Below, in pieces: positions 1-8,347 of a DNA stretch of 56,363 bases. Origin of the DNA: an uncultured bacterium (GTDB lineage Bacteria; CSSED10-310; CAZUFC01). Position 1 is the stretch's first letter. Each line of letters begins with the position of its first letter. The stretch covers positions 1 to 56,363 of the forward strand of contig CAZUFC010000049.1 in the NCBI GenBank assembly GCA_964619725.1, written 5' to 3'. The notes under the pieces were generated by a model. The model made no database searches. It had not been told where the DNA came from and saw nothing but the letters and a program-made list of their open reading frames with translations. The position numbers and the translations under genes are program-made.

Positions 1-53
1 ACACAAATTGTCAAAAGTTTTGAAAGAATTGTAACCCCGGCTTGATCAGTCCC
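1..53 (+). mobile_element. MITE-like family A, right end (cut by window start)
   Basis: ACACAAATTGTCAAAAGTTTTGAAAGAATTGTAACCCCGGCTTGATCAGTCCC is nearly identical to the right end of the 7956-8157 copy. Confidence 0.8.
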
Positions 54-101
54 AGAATTTTTTTTCGTCGGGAGAAGAGAAGCAAAGTATTAACCTTTGA
101 G

Positions 102-133
102 CTCCTGTTATGGGGAGTTCCCCATAACAGGAG
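102..133. repeat. Perfect 15-bp inverted repeat (family C palindrome)
   Basis: CTCCTGTTATGGGGA-GT-TCCCCATAACAGGAG. A related truncated palindrome begins GCTCCTGTAATAGTGACA at ~4984. Confidence 0.8.
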
Positions 134-584
134 TTTTGAATCTTACATCTTGTGATATTGACTGATAACAAAATGTGACATATTCGGCGAAAAAACAAGA
201 GCCGATCGAAAAAATCCAAGTAAAACAGAGTTACCCATTTGCGGGTCCATTGATTCAATAGACGGTTACGGCGGTATTTGTAGGTTTTCCGTTCACACGT
301 AGAGGAGAATTGGAGCAGCCGAATCCGTATTATAAGGTTTATGTAAGCTGGATCAGCATAAGCGGCCCAGCGGGTGATCCGAAAACGAATCATACAAGCT
401 GGATTACGGCAAGGGAACGTATTTTGAAAAAAAATGATTATTGAAGGAATGGAGCGTTTTTTTCTTCTTGCATAGGCTGTTTTGTTCTGATAAGTAGATG
501 GCCGGCTTTCGGCCGGGGACGCGGCGAAAGGTGACGGCTGTTTTAACGGCGAGATGAAATACTTTATTTTGAAAGGATAACGGG

Positions 585-1928
585 ATGGCACAAAAAAAGA
601 ACAACGGCGCATTGACGCCGCAGATGCTGAAGTCTTTTGAGAAGGAATTCAACAAGCGTCCGGAGAATCAGGTCATGATGAACGCAGTAACGCGAGGCAG
701 TTTGCAGAACATTGCGTTAAACCGAAAGCGGATCAACGAGTTGAGTTTTACATTTTCGCATGAAGTGGAAGCGGTCGGACCCATTACGGACCAGATGAAT
801 GCCGGAACCTGCTGGCTTTTCGCTCAGTTGAACTGGTTCCGATGGTTTGCCGCCAAAAAAATGAAAGTTGAGAGTTTTGAATTTTCGGAGAACCAGGTAA
901 TTTTCTGGAACAAGCTGGAGCGGAGCAATTATTTTCTGGAAAAGGTGATAGAGCTGCGAGACAAACCGTGGGACGACCGGAGGCTTTTGAGTCTTCTGGA
1001 GAACCCAGTTCCTGACGGAGGCGACTGTCATATGCTGGCGGACATTATAGACCGTTACGGTTTAATGCCCAAAGACGCCATGCCTGACACGTTCAACAGG
1101 GAAAAGTCACGCTTCCTGAACATGATGCTGAACCATAAATTGCGCCAGGGCGCTTCGACCCTCCGGAAAATCCACGCGGACGGGATGTCCGTCGAGGAAT
1201 TGCGCAAGAAAAAACTGGAGATAATGAAAGAAGTCTATCGAATAAACGCGGTCATGCTCGGCGAACCTCCGAAAAAGTTCGATTTCGTTTATCGTGATAA
1301 GGATAAAAAGACTCATGTGGAGCGAGGGATGACGCCTAAACAGTTTTATAAAAAATACGTAGGCATTCCCACGAAAGATATTTACTCCGTTCTGAGCTCC
1401 CCGCTGCCTGAAACTCCATACAACAGGACATTCACAGCGGAATTCATGTCCAACACATATGAAGGCCGCGATTCCTTCTTCCTGAATGTTCCCAAGGAAG
1501 AGGTAAAAAAGCTGGCGATAAAAGTCCTAAAAAGCAACGAACCATGCCTTTTCGTCGCCGACGTTGTTCAGAGCTCGCACAGCAAGGAAGGCATACTCGA
1601 TTCCAGGCTTTACGATTACGATCTCATTTTTGATACTTCTTTTGATATGGACGAAGTAGAAAAACTCCACATGCAGCAGTCCTGTTTGACTCATCTGATG
1701 GTTTTCCTGGGAGTTGACCTGGATGATGAGGACAAACCGATCAAGTGGAAAGTGGAAAACAGTTGGGGAGAAGCGGTAGGCAAAAAAGGCATTTTCGTTA
1801 TGAGCGACGAATGGTTCGACGACAATGTCTACGGCGTGATCGTCAAAAAGAAATATCTGACGGAAAAGATGCTCGAACTGTTCGATCAGAAACCGATACA
1901 ATTGCCTTCGTGGCATCCTATGGCTTGA
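585..1928 (+). CDS. pepC: Aminopeptidase C / bleomycin hydrolase (peptidase C1B)
   Basis: 447 aa; catalytic motifs TDQxxAGTCWLFA (Gln/Cys), LTHLMVFLG (His) and KWKVENSWG (Asn); family-typical C-terminus LPSWHPMA. Confidence 0.93.
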   Translation: MAQKKNNGALTPQMLKSFEKEFNKRPENQVMMNAVTRGSLQNIALNRKRINELSFTFSHEVEAVGPITDQMNAGTCWLFAQLNWFRWFAAKKMKVESFEFSENQVIFWNKLERSNYFLEKVIELRDKPWDDRRLLSLLENPVPDGGDCHMLADIIDRYGLMPKDAMPDTFNREKSRFLNMMLNHKLRQGASTLRKIHADGMSVEELRKKKLEIMKEVYRINAVMLGEPPKKFDFVYRDKDKKTHVERGMTPKQFYKKYVGIPTKDIYSVLSSPLPETPYNRTFTAEFMSNTYEGRDSFFLNVPKEEVKKLAIKVLKSNEPCLFVADVVQSSHSKEGILDSRLYDYDLIFDTSFDMDEVEKLHMQQSCLTHLMVFLGVDLDDEDKPIKWKVENSWGEAVGKKGIFVMSDEWFDDNVYGVIVKKKYLTEKMLELFDQKPIQLPSWHPMA

Positions 1929-2093
1929 GTTGGATTAATGAAAAGAGCGCTGCCCGATAAGGCGAGGACAAGGTGAAACCAGCAGTAGACTTTTAGGGCA
2001 AGGCTGGGAGATTCTTTAGAATTTCGAATATCGATCAATCGAGCGCCCTTCGTAGACAGGATTTGATTGAATTCGGGTAAAGGCCTTGACACG

Positions 2094-2161
2094 AAAGGAC
2101 AAAAGGACAAAGGGACCTAAGGGACCTAAGGGACCTAAGGGTCTTAAGGGACGGAAGGGAC
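2094..2161 (+). repeat. Degenerate 9-bp tandem array (AAGGGACCT-like), ~8 units
   Basis: AAAGGACAAAAGGACAAAGGGACCTAAGGGACCTAAGGGACCTAAGGGTCTTAAGGGACGGAAGGGAC. Confidence 0.85.
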
Positions 2162-2238
2162 TCCTGGAATATTAAATCATTTCATAAGAAAAAACCGGCA
2201 TCGGAGAATTTACTGTCTGCAAAAAGAGACGGAATTTT

Positions 2239-2327
2239 AGGACTGATCATACCGGGGTAAAGTTTATTTCAAAACATTTGACAGTTTGTTTCATTAATCG
2301 GTATCGGTATCGCAATCGAAACAAATG
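2239..2327 (-). mobile_element. MITE-like family A, partial copy
   Basis: AGGACTGATCATACCGGGGTAA...TTTGTTTCATTAATCGGTATCGGTATCGCAATCGAAACAAATG; one terminus plus 4 hexamer units. Confidence 0.75.
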
Positions 2328-2431
2328 TCTACCGGGAGCTATCCTCAAAAATATTTTCATTACGAAGCATTACCTCCGTCAATTTAAACGGCATCCAGAA
2401 ATATAAACAGCGCTTCGTCTCTTTTTCCTCT

Positions 2432-2564
2432 TCTCTTTTCGCGTAAATTCGCGTGATTTCGCGGACGGCAAATTTTCGAAAAACACTATAATTACTTACC
2501 GATGCGGGGTTGATTAATTTATATATCCTCCGCGAAATTTCACGAATTCACGCGAAAAAGAGAG
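2432..2564. repeat. Long imperfect inverted repeat built from ~9-bp TTCGCG units
   Basis: TCTCTTTTCGCGTAAATTCGCGTGATTTCGCGGA (2432-2465) pairs with TCCGCGAAATTTCACGAATTCACGCGAAAAAGAGAG (2529-2564). Confidence 0.75.
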
Positions 2565-2578
2565 GTCGTGGTAGAGGT

Positions 2579-2631
2579 GTGACTGTCCTGCATTAAATTT
2601 TAAATCGAAATTCAAGTTTGTGGACAGACAC
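2579..2631 (-). mobile_element. MITE-like family B, B1 module only
   Basis: Reverse complement GTGTCTGTCCACAAACTTGAATTTCGATTTAAAATTTAATGCAGGACAGTCAC matches the starts of the 15062, 49521 and 56217 copies. Confidence 0.8.
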
Positions 2632-2822
2632 TAACGAGTTTCTGTTCAGGTTTTTGTTTGATAGCAGCTTTGAAATATTATAGAATTAGAATGCGAGAGC
2701 ATTGAGTATTCGACAAAGACCTAATGCGTGTATAATCATCAGCTCAGTTCAATTAAAAATTTTTCGTCGGTTGCGTCGGAAAACATCTTCGATTTTGGAT
2801 AAACAAATGAGGAACTGCAAAC

Positions 2823-3815
2823 GTGGCGATACGCAATGAAATCAGGGCGTTGGCCGTGAAGTATGCCTATGAACTCAAGGCTAGAGTAGAAGAGCGAGTA
2901 GCCGATATGAAATCAGATGACACGTCTCATTACCTCATCTACAAAGTTCTCGGCATTACAGATCAGGAAGGCGAATTCATAGATGTCTACTCGAAGGGCG
3001 TTGATTTCAAGTTCAACACGATACTTACTGACTACTCACCAACGACTAATGTTGATCAGATTCTTCAGCGTCGAAGTCGTGACAAATCGAACAAGTCAGT
3101 TTACCAACGTGACGAAAACGGAGAAGTAGTCTATGGGGGAAAGAAGCCTGACGTGCCGTTAAGCGATGTGTGGGAAATCCCCTTTCTAAACCCGAAGGCT
3201 AAAGAGAAAACGGGTTACCCTACGCAGAAACCCATCATGCTTCTGGAGCAAATTATTAGTCTCTCGACCGATGAGGGTGATACTGTGCTTGACCCATTCT
3301 GCGGCAGTGGTACTACACTGGTAGCTGCTCACCTAATGAAAAGATATTCAGTTGGTATTGACATATCAAAGGAAGCAGTTGATCTCACTCGTAACCGATT
3401 GGCAGAACCTGTGAAGACCGAGTCAAAGCTAGTGAAGAACGGATTAGATTCATACAAGAATGCGAACAATGATGCGCTCGCTCTTCTACGTGGTGTTCGA
3501 TATATTCCGGTTCAACGAAATAATGGAATTGATGCATTCTTGAACGAAACATATTATGGGGTACCAATTCCCGTACGTGTACAGCGCCAGGGCGAGACTG
3601 TTGCTGATGCCGCTTATGCTTTACACAGAGCTGCCAGAACGAAGAAAGCCAGGCGAATGATTTTGATTGCAACCCATGATCAACCGTTGCTGTTTCCGAC
3701 GAAGATTCCAGAGCAAGTGACCGTTATTCCCGCAGTTGTTCTTAGTATATCCAGGTTCATCAAATCCCTCAGAGATGAAGAAAGGCGTTCCGTCAAAGCC
3801 ATGCACTCGGAGTAG
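2823..3815 (+). CDS. Site-specific DNA methyltransferase (N4/N6, beta class), N-terminally truncated and fused in frame to a restriction endonuclease N-terminus; probably inactive
   Basis: SDVWEIP...GYPTQKP...VLDPFCGSGTT...GIDIS are present but there is no DPPY-type motif IV. The first 56 aa (DDTSHYLIYKVLGI...EGEFIDVY) resemble, from recall, ApaLI-like endonucleases. Confidence 0.8.
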   Translation: MAIRNEIRALAVKYAYELKARVEERVADMKSDDTSHYLIYKVLGITDQEGEFIDVYSKGVDFKFNTILTDYSPTTNVDQILQRRSRDKSNKSVYQRDENGEVVYGGKKPDVPLSDVWEIPFLNPKAKEKTGYPTQKPIMLLEQIISLSTDEGDTVLDPFCGSGTTLVAAHLMKRYSVGIDISKEAVDLTRNRLAEPVKTESKLVKNGLDSYKNANNDALALLRGVRYIPVQRNNGIDAFLNETYYGVPIPVRVQRQGETVADAAYALHRAARTKKARRMILIATHDQPLLFPTKIPEQVTVIPAVVLSISRFIKSLRDEERRSVKAMHSE

Positions 3816-4114
3816 AATCTCACTACGCTGAATTCCAGCCGGTGATGGCCGTGTAGGCAAGCAAGAGACAGTTGTAAAATAAACCGTAATCTACTGGGGA
3901 GATGGTGAACTGTTTCTTTGGAACAGAAAGCAAAATTAAAACGAAAAATCAGCATCATCGTCGCTGACCCGCCGAAAGTTTTTTGGGGAGAATGTCAAAT
4001 CTGTTCGATTCTAACGATCAATCATCCTCGAATTTTCTCGTAATGCTTTTCGGTCTTAGAGGCCATATTACAATAGTCCGGCAGCGATCTCCCGTCGGTT
4101 GATCCTGATGATTT

Positions 4115-4848
4115 ATGAGCCAGGTCTTACTTTATCCGCTGATCAATCCCATTATGTCCGATCCCAATAGTATATTCATTTTGAAACTGTCGGCTGACGG
4201 CAGCATTCTGATGTTCAGTACATATTTTGGGGGTGAAGAAGGAGCCCGCCTGGGAGGGATGACGCTTGACGAAACGGGTAACGTCTATATTACCGGTACG
4301 ACCAGATCGACGAATCTTCCTACGACGACCGGAGCATTCCAGGAAGAGTTCGTCGGTGAGATACTGGGCTGCGAAGAAGGTTTTCCCCCTGTGGACGTCA
4401 ACAGTGAAGATGCTTTCCTGTTCAAGTTGGCGACGGACGGCAGCGGCATCACATACGGAACCTATCTCGGGGGGAGCCATATCGACAAGGGCAGCGACGT
4501 TGCCGTCGAACACGGCGGGAATGCCTATGTCGCAGGCTCTACGTCCTCTATGGATTATCTGAGCACCGGCAACGCTGGCGCTTCTATCTTTTTTGCAGGA
4601 TCAATGCAGAGGGCAGTATTCTGTTATCTGCACTGACGAAAACATCAGGTTCCGCCGGCGCCGGTCATGGCGTGATTCTGGACTCGTCAGGAGACGTTTA
4701 TTTCACCGGGGCGATCAACGTGCCCGCTGACGTTTACGCAGCAAAGGTCGAAGGCGTGCCTCCAATACAGGTTCCCGCCATATCCTTCTTGGGGATCGCG
4801 TTCCTTGTCATGCTGTCTTCACTGGCGGCAGGACGAGCTAAACGATAG
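4115..4848 (+). pseudogene. SBBP beta-propeller repeat protein remnant with IPTL-CTERM-like tail; 5'-truncated and frameshifted
   Basis: STYFGG / GNVYITGTTRS / GTYLGGS repeats and no signal peptide. A frame change at the T6 run 4589-4594 continues ...DSSGDVYFTG...QVPAISFLGIAFLVMLSSLAAGRAKR* to 4848. Confidence 0.75.
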
Positions 4849-5015
4849 GAGAAACGACTGGTGGAAAGCAGGTAAATATGGGCATTGCAGGATTTATTCC
4901 GGCATTTCGGAAGCTCATAATTATCCTTCGCACACTTTGAAAAATATTATTTTCTTTTGAGCATTCGGGACTTTGTTCTCTTCGCTCCTGTAATAGTGAC
5001 ATTTGTCACTATCTA

Positions 5016-5054
5016 GTGTCTGTCCACAAACTCGAATCTCGATTCAAAATTTAA
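5016..5054 (+). mobile_element. MITE-like family B, truncated B1 module
   Basis: GTGTCTGTCCACAAACTCGAATCTCGATTCAAAATTTAA preceded by TATCTA (TANNTA). Confidence 0.75.
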
Positions 5055-5065
5055 ACTCGAATCTC

Positions 5066-5242
5066 GGCGTTGATCAAAATGTGTTTTTTGAGGTTACAAT
5101 TTTTCCGAATATCCCATCATTTAGTTTCGATTGAGATTCTGCTCCCTTATTGCCCCCGATTTCGATTCCGATCCCGACCCCGATTACTGAAATAAATAAT
5201 CCAATGTTCTGTAAAAAGTGTAAGCCCAGTTTGATCAGTCCC
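5066..5242 (+). mobile_element. MITE-like family A, full-length diverged copy
   Basis: GGCGTTGATCAAAA...GAGGTTACAATT...hexamer core...TTTGATCAGTCCC; no recognisable target duplication. Confidence 0.8.
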
Positions 5243-5389
5243 AATTTTTGTAACGACCAAAAATTTTTTCATTTTCCATACAACCTTTTTCATGGAATTC
5301 GCCACCTATTATTGTGAACGAAACGCGTTTACGATGCTGAAAGTCAATTTCTCCGGAGAAGAGAACAAAACGGCATCCAGGAAAAAGAA

Positions 5390-6619
5390 ATGAAGACCAT
5401 GATGAAAGGAAATCGAATCATGAGGAAAAGGTTGAAGATTTGTACAATCATTGCATGTTTGACGGTAATTTACGTTTTGCAGGCGCAATCGGCAGCGTCG
5501 GAGGTATATTCATCGTTGAAAGAGGCGAAGATGAGCGCTTCTGAAAATGATCTTCCCATACTACTGGTGATCGGCGTTGACTGGAGCAAGCAATCGCAGA
5601 TGTTCGACAAAAAATTAAAGAAGAACACGGAGATAAGCAGTGCAGTTTTCGACAATGCTATTTTGTGTACTGTTAATGCGGATGAGGAAGAGGGGTCGGA
5701 AACGGCGCGGCTTTATCACGTAAGAAATTATCCTGCTTTCGTTCTCACCGGCGCTGACGGCGACATTATCGATCAATGGTACGGTTTCGGGTGCGATGAA
5801 TGTTTTATTAAAAGGCTTAATTCGTCATTGGAAGACCCCGTTACGATAAAAGAACGCATAACAAGATTTCGTTACGAACCTACTGAAGCCGATGCGCTGA
5901 AGTTGGGAGAAATCAGACACGCTCAGGGTTTTTTCGGAGAGGCCGTTTCCTATTACAGGCGAGCCCAGGAACTGGGTCCGGAATCTGAAATAAATTATGA
6001 CAGCATGATTTTCGGCGCCATGACCTATGGCAACTATGATCAGTTGTTCAGCAGTCTGGACGTCAAAAAACAGGCGGACCTGGTTATGCTTTCCGGCGAG
6101 AGCAAGCCGGAGGAGCTGCTTAAGCTTGCTTTCTCCATGGGAAAAATCGCTGAACGTGCAAAAGATATATCTTTATTTGAACCCTATCTGAAAGCGGCGG
6201 TTGAAAGAACAGCGGAGTTGGACGATAAGGGGTTGCTCGGCAAGCGAAAACATTTGTTGCCGGAATATGCATTACATATTGAGAATGACGTTGAAAAGGC
6301 CCTGGAATTGAAAAAAGAGATTCAACCCGAAGGATGGAAGAAAAGCGCTGACTTGTTGAATAATTTCGCCTGGTGGTGTTTTCAGAAGCAGATTAACCTG
6401 GAAGAGGCTGAAAAATACGCCAGGAAAGCCCTTGAAATGGCGCAACCGGGTATACAGAAAGCCAATATACTGGATACGCTGGCAGAAATAGTCAATTCGT
6501 CAGGCAATCATCAGGAGGCGCTGGAATACATCCGCCTGGCCGTCGCAGAGCAGCCCGAGAATGATTATTTTCAGAACCAGGAAAAACGTTTCGAATCACA
6601 GCTCATAACGAAAAAATAA
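5390..6619 (+). CDS. Exported thioredoxin-fold + TPR protein
   Basis: Signal peptide-like N-terminus; Trx-like segment (PILLVIGVDW...YHVRNYPAFVL); C-terminal TPR-like helices (LNNFAW, ILDTLAEI). Confidence 0.75.
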   Translation: MKTMMKGNRIMRKRLKICTIIACLTVIYVLQAQSAASEVYSSLKEAKMSASENDLPILLVIGVDWSKQSQMFDKKLKKNTEISSAVFDNAILCTVNADEEEGSETARLYHVRNYPAFVLTGADGDIIDQWYGFGCDECFIKRLNSSLEDPVTIKERITRFRYEPTEADALKLGEIRHAQGFFGEAVSYYRRAQELGPESEINYDSMIFGAMTYGNYDQLFSSLDVKKQADLVMLSGESKPEELLKLAFSMGKIAERAKDISLFEPYLKAAVERTAELDDKGLLGKRKHLLPEYALHIENDVEKALELKKEIQPEGWKKSADLLNNFAWWCFQKQINLEEAEKYARKALEMAQPGIQKANILDTLAEIVNSSGNHQEALEYIRLAVAEQPENDYFQNQEKRFESQLITKK

Positions 6620-6638
6620 TTTCCTGCCTCTAAACCCG

Positions 6639-6686
6639 CCGGCGTGACGTTCATAAAGGAGAACGTCACGCCGGAACTTTTCGTTT
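6639..6686 (+). terminator. Probable intrinsic terminator
   Basis: Perfect 14-bp stem CCGGCGTGACGTTC/GAACGTCACGCCGG, 8-nt loop, followed by AACTTTTCGTTT, 20 nt after the stop codon. Confidence 0.6.
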
Positions 6687-6740
6687 CATTTACCTGTAGA
6701 AATAGATGAGTGACGTTTAAAGCAGGATCGACGATAAAAA

Positions 6741-7313
6741 ATGCAAAAAACGGGAAAATACAATTTAAAGGACCGAACGATCGTCGCTGATTTCTTGGCA
6801 AACCGCGAAGAAAAAGATTTTCGTAGACTTTACCGGCGCTATTCTCCTCAGCTTAATCAACTGATCGTTCGATTGGCGGGTTCCGCAAACGGCGATGCTC
6901 AGGATATCATTCAAACGACCTGGATCAGGGCTATTGAAAAACTGCCCGGATTCCAATGGCGATCATCTTTAAAAACCTGGCTTACGGGCATTGCGATTAA
7001 TTGTTGCCGGGAGCATAACAGGAAAAACAGAAGAGTCAGATTCAGCGAATTTTCAGAATATTCAGAGCATCATCAAACCCGAAAACTCAATCATACGGTG
7101 CCATTGATGGATATAGAAAAAGCGATAAAAATCCTTCCTGACGGATATAGAGAAATCTTGATTCTGCACGACATCGAAGGTTATACTCATAGAGAGATAG
7201 CCGAATTTTTGGAGATTGAAATCGGCACGTCAAAAAGTCAACTGTTTCGAGCCAGGAATTTTATAAGAAAAACACTATCAGGAACGGACGGTGACGGCAA
7301 TGAACCGGAATAA
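6741..7313 (+). CDS. ECF RNA polymerase sigma factor
   Basis: Region 2 (DAQDIIQTTW...SSLKTWLTGIAIN) and region 4 (LPDGYREILILHDIEGYTHREIAEFLEIEIGTSKSQLFRAR); 190 aa. Confidence 0.93.
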   Translation: MQKTGKYNLKDRTIVADFLANREEKDFRRLYRRYSPQLNQLIVRLAGSANGDAQDIIQTTWIRAIEKLPGFQWRSSLKTWLTGIAINCCREHNRKNRRVRFSEFSEYSEHHQTRKLNHTVPLMDIEKAIKILPDGYREILILHDIEGYTHREIAEFLEIEIGTSKSQLFRARNFIRKTLSGTDGDGNEPE

Positions 7314-7719
7314 CGATCACCAAGATTTAACGAAAGAAGAGCGAAGGGCTTTCAGTTCATTGAGTAAGGTACGCTTTTATTCTACGGATTGTGAGGAATT
7401 CGTGATCGATTCCTTGCGATCCCGGGGATTAATCCGATATAAAAAGAAGAGTATTTTACAGTCGTTATCCTGGTTCGCTGCAGCAGCGGCAGCGTCAGTT
7501 TTTGCATTTCTGCTCGGCGTTCAATATGGGAGTAAGGCATCACGAAATACTGAGCATTACCAGCAGCCTGTCCCCATAAAGCATGTTCGCTCCCCTTCCG
7601 ACGACTTTCTGGCTTCTTATTACGAATCAGGAGAAAAGTATTCTCTGTTGGACTACAGGGATGAACCGGACAGACCGGGAAACGGTGATTTTCTCTTTTC
7701 AAAAGTGATCGAGCCTTAA
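7291..7719 (+). CDS. Single-TM protein, putative anti-sigma factor
   Basis: Overlaps the ECF gene end; one hydrophobic segment (WFAAAAAASVFAFLLGV). Confidence 0.6.
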   Translation: MTAMNRNNDHQDLTKEERRAFSSLSKVRFYSTDCEEFVIDSLRSRGLIRYKKKSILQSLSWFAAAAAASVFAFLLGVQYGSKASRNTEHYQQPVPIKHVRSPSDDFLASYYESGEKYSLLDYRDEPDRPGNGDFLFSKVIEP

Positions 7720-7955
7720 AACGCCAGGAGGGGAGTGCGTTACTGCCCGGTGAAGACCGGATTGGAGTCTTGTGGAGAAACTGCCGATTTTTGAGCATTG
7801 ATCAAACATTGATATTCTCAGAATGATCAACGGTGGGTTAGAATTTTGGGCATTGATCAGATGTCCATGTTTCGAGGTAACAATTGTCTCAGCCTTTAAT
7901 AGTTGAGGATCCGTGAAAATTTTATAAAGACAAAACACATCTTCTCGTAGTTATC

Positions 7956-8157
7956 GGCATTGAACAAAAAGTGGACTTTTGAGGTTACAATTTTACAGAA
8001 TATCCCATCATTTTGTTTCGATTGCGATTGCGATACCGACCCCGACTCCGATACCGACCTTGACCCCGATCTCGACCCCGATCCCGGAACCGATTGCGAT
8101 GTCGACACAAATTGTCAAAAGTTTTGAAAGAATTGTAACCCTGGCTTGATCAGTTCC
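7956..8157 (+). mobile_element. MITE-like family A, full-length, longest hexamer core (~15 units)
   Basis: GGCATTGAACAAAA...GAGGTTACAATT...(CGANNN)x15...CTTGATCAGTTCC. Degenerate left-end fragments also lie at ~7794-7885. Confidence 0.85.
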
Positions 8158-8208
8158 AAAAAATGCTAATTACTTTGCCGATACCGTGGGGGGGGAGCAG
8201 CATAGATG

Positions 8209-8237
8209 TTGACTCATCATCATTTTTCGATTATAAT
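8209..8237 (+). promoter_or_regulatory. Sigma70-type promoter
   Basis: TTGACT-17 nt-TATAAT, ~110 bp upstream of the ATG at 8348, which has a GAGGGG RBS. Confidence 0.65.
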
Positions 8238-8347
8238 GACCAAGACAAAAATATTTTTTTAATCACAATTGGAGTAGGGGCAGGTTGAATGCGAATCACA
8301 TTTTTTTTGTCGGCTGGATCGACCTGTCGCATTAAAGAGGGGAAGTC

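Noticed and set aside
46-655. Minus-strand ORFs 46-612 and 404-655
   Set aside because: They overlap the pepC start and repeats, and show no recognisable motifs or protein-like composition.
2094-2631. CRISPR array or integron attC array
   Set aside because: There are no 23-47-bp direct repeats with unique regular spacers, no cas or integrase gene, and no convincing RYYYAAC...GTTRRRY sites.
7896-8108. Short ORFs over family A copies (also 23848-24054 and 27193-27405) with similar low-complexity peptides
   Set aside because: The similarity comes from the hexamer repeat DNA; the frames differ between copies and there is no RBS.
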